Shown in pieces: positions 1-10,700 of a stretch of 64,000 nucleotides of DNA. Where the stretch lies: NCBI GenBank assembly GCA_013265495.1, contig MU058463.1:3990244-4054243 (forward strand), in the 5' to 3' direction. The translations under genes and the position numbers were made by a program. This DNA comes from Vicugna vicugna (taxonomy: Eukaryota). The first letter of the stretch is position 1. The number at the start of each line of letters is the position of its first letter. A model generated the notes under the pieces. That model ran no database searches, was not told the origin of the DNA, and saw only the letters and a program-made list of their open reading frames with translations.

Positions 1-389
1 GGGGGTTGTCGGTGTTCTCCTGGAGTGTGTGTGCTTTTAATGTGATGTCCTACTGTCTTCATCCTGTTTCGGAAGCTCAGCTTGTTTTCAGAGGCCCTCC
101 GTTGGTGCCCTCTTCTGTGCTGCTCCCAGCACCTGTCGGCAAGCAGATCGCGCCTCCTCCTAACAAGGGGTCAGATGCAGCTCTCCTCTGCTGCGGGCGG
201 GCGGGTCACTGCCCCTCCGGATGCCGCAGTCAGATGTTGCAGACTGGCCAGGCAGGAGGGCGGGTTGTGCCCCTTCCCAGCACCTCGGTCAGGGGTTGTG
301 TTCCTGCCCGACAGGCGGAGGGCCGCTCTCCCCCTGCCTGCGCCGCCGGTAGCTCCGCTGCTCTGTGCGGCTGCGCGCTCTGCGCCGGC

Positions 390-495
390 GCTCCGCCCTG
401 GCCGGCGCTCCGCCCCGGTCGCGCTCTGCCCCGTTCGGGGCTCCGCCCTGGTCGCGCTCTGCCCTGTTCGGTGCTCCGCCCTGGTCGCGCTCCGC
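390..495. repeat. GC-rich 33-bp minisatellite (16-17 bp subunits) inside the L1 5' UTR
   Basis: Units at 407-439 and 440-472, partial units at 473-495 and 390-406; consensus GCTCCGCCCYGGTCGCGCTCTGCCCYGTTCGGK; each has a CTCCGCCC GC box. Confidence 0.9.
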
Positions 496-1349
496 GGGTG
501 GGCTCGGGGAAGACCGAGGGGCAGCCTCGTCCCTGCTCCGAGCCAAGACCCGGATGCTTGTTTGTCTTTGTGGAGCAAGTTCTCTTGGGTACCAGAATGG
601 AAGGATCCTATCTGCCCAGGGCTGTAGGCCCGTCTCAGTCTGGCCCTTGAGGCTGCTAAGCCCTTCGGTGCGGACGCAGGTTTCGCCTCTGCCCCCGCCT
701 GGGTGCTCAGCGCCGGAGAATATGGCGGCTCTGCCTGGGCCCCGCCCCTCTTCCCCTGACAAGTTTCCGCGGGTTTTCAGAGATGGAGGTATGCACCCTT
801 CCCCCGAGAGCACATCTACCTTGCTGTTTTATGGAGGGCCCAGGTTGTTCTGTCCTGTACACCCACAGCCCTGGCGCCCAGCCCCTTGCAGTCCCCCGGA
901 TCTGCCTCCGTGCAGCCGCCCCCGTCCTCCGCCCTGCTTGTGCCGCCTGGCCCTGCCCGCTGCTGCCGGCCCGCCTCTCAGGCTGGGTGTCGGGGGGACG
1001 CTCTGTGCCCGTTTAAGTTAGTTCTGTCAGACAAGGGCTGCTCTGTACAGATCCGAGCCTCGGAGGCTCCCCCTCCGTCTGGCTGGCCTCTCAGTTGGAG
1101 AGGGGAGACCCAGCGAGCGAGCGCCAGTCCTCCTTTGCCGCTCCCTCCCCGCGGGACCCGTCCCGCGCTGCTTTGCCTTTTGTTCTTTCTTTATTCCTTT
1201 TCTCCTACCAGATTTTTGGCGTCTTTATCTTTTGAAGAGGGCGATGATCTGTTGGAGTTCCGCAGGTGCTCTGGTTGGCTGAGTGGGTCTGTAGATGTGG
1301 GTCTTGGTGTATTTGTGGGAGAGGGTGACTTACAAGCGTCCTTCTACTG

Positions 1350-1368
1350 CGCCATCTTGCCCGGAAGT
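1350..1368 (-). promoter_or_regulatory. YY1 motif (CGCCATCTTG, 1350-1359) next to an ETS/GABP-type motif (CCGGAAGT, 1361-1368) at the L1 5' end
   Basis: Direct motif matches; a YY1 site near the 5' terminus is an established L1 promoter feature. Confidence 0.7.
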
Positions 1369-1591
1369 CCCACTGTCTCTTTCTGCAGAAAGAAAATGGG
1401 GAGAACACTTATTAGTGATCCCTAAATTAAATTTTATTTCTGTTGCTTTTACATTTTATCATTCCTTTGTATATTTACTTGGATTAGTATGTGTTATGTA
1501 TGTTTTAACTTTTTAAGTGAAAAATAAAATGACCAGTTTTTTAGACACGGGAATAACCTACATCAGAATTGTAAATTGATCTTTTAAATAG

Positions 1592-1796
1592 GGTTTGGAG
1601 TTGAAAATATGGCAACAGCAATGGATGAGGACCTGGAAGAAGAGCTGGATGAGAAAGACGAGAAGTCCATGATGTGCCCTCCGGGCATGCACAAGTGGAA
1701 GCTGGAGCAGTGCATGGTGTGCACCGTCTGTGGAGACTGTACTGGGTACGGTGCCAGCTGTGTCAGTAGTGGGCGTCCAGACAGAGTTCCTGGAGG
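1592..1796 (+). CDS. MYCBP2: MYCBP2 exon (window exon 1, 205 nt, phase 1-2): [67 protein letters not shown]
   Basis: Acceptor ttttaaatag|GG; donor GG|gtaagt; overlaps ORF 1609..1800. Confidence 0.96.
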
Positions 1797-4700
1797 GTAA
1801 GTACATGACTAATTCTCAAGAGATAAAATAGTAGTAGAAAATAAGCAGAACACATTTCTTTCAAAAGCCATTCTAGAGTGTATTCTGTTATGTTGTTTCT
1901 TATAAAGGCATATTGGTATATACTTCTAATTCTTAATCATTGTTTTCTACTATAATAATTTCCAATTCAGTGTTATTTTATTTAAGGTGCTTTTCTTTCA
2001 TTTGATTTGTTTAAGTCATTATTTAAAAATAGGGCATACATTTCTTTAATGCTTGAGGCTGTGCTTCATTTTGTAGTCTTAAGAATTCTTTGATGCCAAA
2101 TATCTATTCATTTTTGTTGAACATGAATTGTTTCTGTATGGAATTATGAAACACCATATAGAATACTCAATTAGGGTTATATAATTTTCTTTTGAATTAT
2201 TATTCTGTTTGCAGTTTTAGGAGTTCTAGGAATTGTCACTTCTAAAGTTGCATTATATCTGTTATATTTAGCCTTTTTATTCTTGTTGGACCATTTTTTC
2301 CTCTTCAGGGTTCTGTTATTATCATTTTAAAGTTAATATGTGAGTTTGGCAGAATCAGAATACAGGTTTTCCCCTAGAATGTTGGAGAGAATTTCAAGTC
2401 CTATTTTTGTGTTGCCATTAATAGCTAATGTAACATAATTGAGTGATCTTTGGGAGACATAATTAATTAGTTGTCTTACATCTTTGTGTTATGATAGATC
2501 TGATCTTTGTAAGATCAGATTATTTATGCTAATTAGCCAACTTTGGGGAGTAGTGAGAATTTTGTGAAGAGAAGCCCAGAATGAGAATAGCCACCTCCTC
2601 ATCTCTGACCTCCGTGTTTGATACCTCTTTAGTAGTCAAGTACTTCTTCCCAAACAGTGTCTTGATTTTCTGTATTTCTAGGTTTATATTTGATTTAACA
2701 TAGTTAAATATATCATATATAATAGGCCTTTTCTTTTAGGCTGTTGAAATATTGTAATTTTTTAACAATAAGTTTTCTTTGCATTTTTTTGATATGCTAA
2801 TATGTTAAAAAAAATTTTGGCTCTCTTTATCAAATATTCCTTCTACAAAGGTATATGTTTGGTTGTGTTTACTGTAGTTAAGCCTCTGATTTGTTTATTT
2901 TTAAATTTAAGTTGGATATAGAAAGATTCTGTGATTTTTTTTTTAAACAATGTTAGAATTGAAATTTATCTTTCTGGATCTCTCCCAAGCTATTGTCATT
3001 TAAAATTAAGTGTTCCCAATCACTGAACTTATGCCACTGATAAATATCATAAATGAATTTCTGAATTCTCTGGCCCTTCCTGAAACTAATTATTTTTCAT
3101 TGTATCCTTTTTCCCAGTGATATACTATCAATTTCCAGTAATTATTTATAGATTTAAATGGATGATGTCTAACGAAATACAGTAACTTCTTTATTAGTGA
3201 AGTAGAAATAAATACATGAATAAAGTCAACATAGGAATATATGCAGGAAACTGAACACTTAAAAATGACTTCAAATATTATAAAATTGTGACTACATATA
3301 GATCTTAGAATAAATTTAGTATTAAACATTATTTTTAAAATAGTGCCCATGGCCAATTCAGTAAGGCATATTATCATATCAGTTTTTACTGTTGTAAGTG
3401 ATCTTCCAGATGGTCTGTAATGCTTGCTTTTAAAAGCCAGGAATTTCCAGGGTACCTAGAACTATGTCTTTCAAAACTGTTGCCAGGTAGATCCTTCATC
3501 TTAGGCCTCCACAAACCTGGGTAACCAGAAGTGCAGTGAGGCTGGCAGAAGTTTTTCAGGCCTGATCCAACAAATAACATTAAAGTTAGGACTTCTGGGG
3601 GAGGGTATAGCTCAGTGGTAGAGCACTTGCTTAGCATGCATGATGAGGTCCTAGGTTCAATCCCCAGGACCTCCATTAGAAATAAATAAACAAACCTAAT
3701 CCCCCCCCCAAAAAAAACCCCAAAACAAACAAAAAATAAAGTTAGAACTTCTATACCTACAAAATATGTGACCAAGAAGTTAGTGTTCACTGACCCTCTA
3801 GCCAACTTCTGGGAGTGCTCTTGTTTTCTTTATGTTATAATCAGATGTCATATGCATGATACACAACTGATAGGGAAAGGACGAAGAAGAGGAGAAAGAA
3901 TAGGTAACTGGACACCGTGAAAGGAGTGAATGAGAGGTGATGGCATGTAAAGGAGAGGGTAGGGTGAGGAGACATAACGTAGGAAGCTGGCAAGCTGGGC
4001 TGGCTCACTCACTGAAGGCTGCCTACGCTTTCCTTAACTTATCTGGAAGATAGCAGCAAACTGTTTGTTAGCCTCTTAATACTGAAACTACTGGCACCTC
4101 ACTAATCATGAAAACTTTTAAAAGACTTCGTTAATAGTGGCTTTGAAAATAACAGGATTCACTTGTATTTTCTATAGAAATATACCAGTTATGCCTATTA
4201 GGAATTTTAATATCTATTCATACCTTGGAATTATTCATCCATTCATATCTTTTCTTTAAGATTGACAGATCCTGATCTGAAGGGGTGATTTCATTGCTGA
4301 CTTATTTAAGTTAATCTTAAGAATGCAGAAAAGGTGTCATGGAGTTTTAAGGAAAGAGAAGGATTTTCGTTAATAATTTATTTATTTTTAGGATCTGTGG
4401 TTGTGGTTCTGGAGAATCTGGCTGTGCTGTATGTGGATGTTGCAAGGCTTGTGCTAGAGAATTGGATGGTCAAGAGGCAAGACAAAGAGGAATTCTTGAT
4501 GCAGTCAAAGAGATGATACCTTTAGATCTTCTATTAGGTAATAATTCTGATAGTTTAAACAATTCCTGTTAGATACACATTAACAAATTAAGATAATAGT
4601 TGACTACGCAGTACTGCTTGTATGGTAACTGACAATGTGTCTTTAAGGGAGGAGAATCTTTTTTTCCCTTTTTGCTAAGATTCTTGCAGTAAAAATCATT

Positions 4701-7700
4701 TATGTTTTAGACAATGTTTTTGTTAGCTTTTACTTTCTTGAATTTCATGTAATTCTATCATATCTATTATAAAATTGATTGATTGATTGTCAATCATCTA
4801 GCTGTCCCAGTACCTGGGGTTAACATTGAAGAACACCTTCAGTTACGACAAGAAGAAAAACGGCAGCGTGTAATCAGGAGACACAGATTAGATGAAGGAA
4901 GAGGTAAGATGTAGCTGCAGAGAAAATGTATATGAAAGGCTATTTTCTTACCCTACACTGAGATCACATAAAACTTTATAGAGTAGGCTGATTTAGTAAG
5001 AAATTGAAATTAAGATTAGTAACATTCTAGTAATTCATGAAAATATTGAAGGTATTTACAATTGTGCTAATAACATACATTTAATTCAGTTGAGTTTCAT
5101 GAGATAAGTCAACCATATTAAGAATTGTTGTGCCATTTGCCAAGCATCGAAAACTATTAGCAATGTCAGCTTTTTAAAAATACGAATTCTAAGTACTGTC
5201 CTTCACCCAAATTTTGACCCATCTACTTAACTATGATTACCAAATTAGTTTGTTATTTTAATTTCTGTTGTCTTAATTATTTATAGTCATTCTGGGCATA
5301 GTCTCATCACTCTTCCTTCCAATTCAGTACATAATTATGCCTTGATGTATCTCTTTTTAGAAAAAGCTTATTCTGGTTATGTATCAGAAGGGTAGGTTGG
5401 GGAGTCTGCAGATTTTATCAAAAATAGACTTATTATTTATCTTTTCCTAGTTGTTTATGACCACTTCTCAGCCTGAAGAATATATTTAACAATGATTATA
5501 AGTATTTTAGCATATATCCAGCAAGCAGAGATAAATATAAGCATTATCAAAGTTATTGTTGCCCAGTAGAATTTTAGGGTTAGGACAAATTGTTACAAAG
5601 GTCTGTGATTTTATTCCTTTATTCTAATCTTGATTAGAAATATTTAGTGACATTGTATCTTTAAATATTTATTAGAATGACATTATATTTGATACATAAG
5701 ATAAAACCTATTACCCATTTAACTATTATTACAGACCTTTTTTAGGCATTTCCTTTTTTAATATAAACTGGAATAAATATAAAATTTATAGTGCATGTAA
5801 ATTCTATTTTTATTAACCTAAAGTCATAAAACATGCTTAGAACTTGAAGATTGTTCTTTACAGTGTCTGATAAACGATGTTGATAAATTGACACAGTGAA
5901 TATTTGCTGTTAATTTGGCTTTGTTTACATAAAATCATTGCCTCTTACTCTAAAGGAGCTTTTAATGAGATTAATGTATATACTGTTATTATTTACATTG
6001 TATAGATATATGGGAAAATAACATATTAAATGTCTTGTAGAGGATAGAGTAAAATATAAGTTCTGGGTCTTTATGACACATGGTAATTAAATGATAATTC
6101 CTTTTATTTTAATGATATGATTTGCTTAAGGTTAATTGTCAGAGATACTTTTACTACCTGTTGTTTCTTTTTTTGGAAATACTAGGTTTAACCATATGAA
6201 ATGATGTACAAAACTCAGCAATTTCTTACGTTTCTACCAAAGTATAGCAGCTCCTTATGATGACATTTAATTACTTGCCTAATGCTGTATGTCTTATAAT
6301 CTTTTCTCCCCGTCTATAAAAAGCTGTTCTTCTCTAGGTATAGTATTTTTCTGTATATTCGAAGTAGAAGAACATTGTCTATGCATTGGTTATTCAACAA
6401 AACTTTGTTATTGCAGAATTTTCTTTTGCCATTTATTTTAAAATGCGTCAAAGACCTTTAAAACATACACTCTAACCTTTTAAAGGTTAAAAATAAAGTA
6501 TTATTTAATTATTTGTGGAAATTATATTGTTTCTGTGGTTTAACAAGCCCTCCAGGTGATTCTGATGGTGCTGAAGTGTGAGAACCACTGCTCTAGAGGG
6601 CAGTGATGATCAAGTTTGTTCCCTGGACCTTCTACATCAGAATTGCCTGGGCCTCATGCTTCATAATTTCTGCCTCAGGGTCCTGGATAGGTTTGAGTCA
6701 CATGCACAGTGTTCTAGGGCTCTTGTTTGGTACCAGGCTAACAAGGATTGTTAGTCTTGTTTTGTCCTCATGAGGAACAGAAATTCCAAATAAATTTTTC
6801 ACGTTCCAACTGTTACACACACTTGTCTTTTTTTTTTTTTTCTTCTTAGCTTCTGCTTGGTACTTTTTAGATACTAACAGTTAGCAAGCCTGTAATTATG
6901 CTTATTAGTAATTGTCTTTATCTGTGTTGAAATTTCAACCTTTCAGGTTTAGATTAAATTAAATTATTTTACTTGATTTATCTGTCTCATCCTGTTTACC
7001 AAGTTTGTGTTGACTGTTTTGATTAGAATTTTAGGACCCAGCTCTTGTATTAAAGCCTTGATCACCAGCCTCAGGGCTATTGATGTAATTTAGCTTCTGT
7101 TTATGACACAAAATTTTCTTGCTGTTGAAACCACAAAAAGTGTTGTGGTTACTGCTTTTTGATAAAGTTGGAACTTTTTCTTTAATTTTTTATGATATTA
7201 ATCTTTCAGATAATATATTTTTTTACGTATATATTCTTAGGTACCAATGGCATTCATTTACAGGTATTATTTCAGTGGTGTTTGTGATAATTTTTAGTTT
7301 GTTTTTAGACAGTTGATTGACAGCTAAATTCTCTGAGACTTGTATTAATTTTATAAGTGGATTGCTTGTTCAGTGTGATTTTTAAGTAGAGCTGTATAAG
7401 TCACCAGGACTCCTAGGTGATTATGTCAGTGCTCTTATCTCTATATTCCTTCTCAGCACTCTGTTGTAAGGAAAACTAGGCTCAAATAATGTTGCCTAGT
7501 TTTCCTTCTTTCTTTTTCTCCTAAATGTCAAATCAAGGTTTCATAATGTGAGCTGTAGGTGGGGTGAGTTACGTCCTGGGTTTGCCTGAGGCATTTCCGT
7601 TTTATGTATACTATCTGGGCATATTTCTTACAGTGCCTTCTTTCGCTCTCCCTAGAGAATCTTATTTAGATAAGTTACATAGTTAGCCAAGCTATATAGC

Positions 7701-10700
7701 ATGGTGATTAAGAATATGGGTTTAGATGTTAGACTTTGGTTCATATCCTGGCTTCTTAACTGGGTATATGACCCTGGAATTTAACCACTCTGAACCTCAG
7801 TTTCCTTACCTTTAAAATGGAGGTGACAAGTGTACTCACATAAGTAGGGATGAGGATTAAATGATACACATGAAAATGTCTGATATGTACCAAGCCTTGG
7901 GCAAATGTTTGATGATTATGATGGTGGTGATGGTGAAGATAATTATGCTGGTGGTGGTGGGCTGTTTAGTAGACTTCTGTTCCCTTTGGATTTGATTCTT
8001 TTCCAGCTCTGGCCTCAACTTGATTGCTTTTCTCACAGCATTGGGATGTTCATTACAAAACTTTAATAGCAAAACCCCCTACATCTTCTGTAGAGTAAAA
8101 TGATTCCATTAGGATAGAAAAAAGTTTCCTATTAAAATGTTAAAACAAATTTATTATAGTCTCTCTAATTTTAAAGTGTTGAGAAGTTATTGCTGTTGAT
8201 TTTTAAGCCTCAAAAACTGTTATTTCCTTGACTTGGCATATCAAATCCAGTATCCAGTAGCTGATCTTCTAATACCACATCAAAGTCCCTTTTAAAGTAT
8301 TATATGAATCACTTAGAAAATATAAATAAGAAAAAATATCAGTATAAATCTTCATCCAAAGGTAACCACTGTAGAATGTTGGTGTACTTTCTTAAAATTT
8401 TTCTATGCGTACAATTTTGTTATTTTACATCATTTCATACTGTGATATATATTGGTATACTCTTTCACAGAAACCTATCCTTTAATTACATTTTTACTTT
8501 TATTGATTTCATTGTCATTTTCTAATCAAGTTTTATATATTCCCAGTTATATCACTGACTGAATCTTATGTTTTATATACTTACTTAATGTTATAGTATA
8601 TGTATATTTATATTTTCTAGAAGTTTTTCTTGCCTCTTGTACTCCTCCCCCAAGCAAATGAGGTTTAGTAATCATGTGCAGATATCTATGTATGTGTGGA
8701 AGTATAGGCATATGCTTATTTACAAAAGTGATATTGTGTTAAATATCAAACGGTTCTTTGAAACATCTTTTTCTCATTTTACAATACAACATGAATACAC
8801 ACTAGATCAGTGAGTATGGAGCTACTACATTCTGTTTAACAGCTATATGGCATTTCATAATATGGCTGAACCACAGTTTATTCAACCATTATTTTGTTAA
8901 TGGACATTAAGGTTATTTTCAGGTTTTTCTGGATTTTGCTATAATAAATATTATTAAACTTATAGCCATATGTAGTGGAGTTTTTGTGTATATAGAAGAG
9001 CATCCCAGAAATAGGATATTTGGACCAGAGAGTGTGTATGTTTTAAATTTCAACAGATATTTCAGATCATTTTTAAAATGCTACAGGAATTTGTCTTTTC
9101 AAGTCTAATATATGAGTGGTGTTTTCTTCTAGCATCACCTGTATTAGTTATTATTATTCTTTTTAATTTTTGCAAAATGTTGGTGAACATATTACAATCA
9201 TTTCTAATTTAAATAGCACAAAAGCATTTTTTTCTTCAAAAGTCTTGTCTTTATAGCTGAATATTATTCCAGTGAGAGGATATACCATAGGTTTTTATTA
9301 ATTATTCTCCTTTTTGGATTGTTTAAAATTTTTTGTTACAATTAATAAGGTTATAGTAACACCTCTGAGCGGAAATTTTTTAGAAAAATATTTTAGAGTT
9401 TCCCTTAGGACAGATTTCTGGATGTTCAGTTACTGGCCAAAGAAACATTTTTAGTTTCTTAAAATGTGTCGCCAATAACTTTCTGAAAGGCTTGTATTAT
9501 TTTTTGCTGCCATTTATTCCAGTCACTCTTTCAGTTTACCTGCCTGTGGATGTGCTCCAGATAACCCACTGTCTACATGTGAATGGAAGGAGCTTTTAAA
9601 TATCTCAGTCTGTGCTTTTCACGCCCCTGTTTTATTCACTTTCACTGAAGCAAATAAACCCAACAGATTCTATTAATTCTACTTTCTTAATTTTATTAAA
9701 AAGCTATTAAATCTTTTGAATATGTCTACTTCTTAGTATGCCACTGCTGTTTCTTAAGCTCAGCAAAAAGCCTTTTAAGTGGTCTTAACCCCAGTCTTAC
9801 CTTCTTCTAAGCTATTGTCCACCTTCTTTCCAGGATTTTTTTTCTAAAATGTAGATCTGATCATTGGTATTTCTGTATTTAAAACCAAAAAGTCACTCAT
9901 AGTTCTCATAATTAATTCCACGTTTTATCTCTACAGCCTCATGTCTCTTTACTCTCTTTCCTATTCCCTATTCCAAAACTATTTTCCCCCATATCTCTGA
10001 ATCTTTACAGTGCTGGCTACCTTTTTTTTTTTTTTTATTAGATCTCAGCTTACATGGTATTTTCTCTTCTTATATCCCCAAACTCCCTGCTTTTCTACCC
10101 TCAAGGTTTGCTACCTGCCGCTGCACTGTGCTTAATTTTGTTACAGTGCACTGTCATAACTTCTTCTTGGGTTGTCTGTAAACTCTCCCTCAGCTGTTAG
10201 ACCATGAGCTTCTTGAAGCAGAGATGGTGTCTTGTTTATCCAAATGTTTCCAGGACCTAGCATGATGCCTGAGATTGTTCAGTACTCAGTGTGTCTTTGT
10301 TGACTAACTGAAAACATTTTATAGACTTCTCATCACCTCTACAATGAAGTTTACTGGTATCAAAAGATTTTAATTATCTGTTTTGTATATTCACCTCCAG
10401 ACTCATTGCCCACTACTTTCTGCTTTATAACCCTATATTCCATCCATTTTGGCTATGTGTGTTTTTAATGACCATATAGTGTTTATAACATCTTCATGCT
10501 TTTGAAAATTCTTTTCCTTTTACTTGGAATGCTCTTTCTTCTCTCTCTTGGCAAACTTTTTCTCATTCTTTGAAACCTCTTTGTTTGTCTCAGGTTGATT
10601 TGATTACTTTTCATCCTTTGGAATATAATGTGTACAGACTTCCTTTATAACATTTATCACAGCATATTGCAATTCTTTGTTTTCTTTTTTGTCTTCCCTG

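Larger units (their letters stand above)
1..1371 (-). mobile_element. 5' UTR (CpG-island-like internal promoter) of a young LINE-1, antisense to MYCBP2, continuing off the left edge
   Basis: Minus strand begins GGGACTTCCGGGCAAGATGGCG, the typical L1 5' terminus with a YY1 site. Very GC/CpG-rich, with an abrupt switch to AT-rich intron at about 1372-1420. ORF1/ORF2 are not in the window, so identity rests on the 5' motif and composition. Confidence 0.8.

Noticed and set aside
1..1371. CpG island as the MYCBP2 main promoter
   Set aside because: The first exon here is internal (phase-1 acceptor, mid RCC1-like domain), and the island has L1 5'-end hallmarks on the minus strand.
6..1425. Multiple long overlapping ORFs (135-218 aa) on both strands
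   Set aside because: They arise from stop-poor GC-rich L1 5' UTR and a 33-bp repeat. Most begin at non-ATG codons and give low-complexity P/R/A/G peptides. Only the ATG-722 frame is kept, as a hypothesis.
2498..2520. Hairpin ATCTGATCTT-TGT-AAGATCAGAT
   Set aside because: A 10-bp stem is too short for a pre-miRNA and is at chance level.
3597..3676. tRNA gene
   Set aside because: It has A and B boxes but a degenerate cloverleaf, an A-rich tail, a TSD and three sister copies, so it is a SINE.
3386..3805. 139-aa minus-strand ORF ([10 protein letters not shown]...)
   Set aside because: Reads through the reverse SINE; typical repeat-derived peptide.
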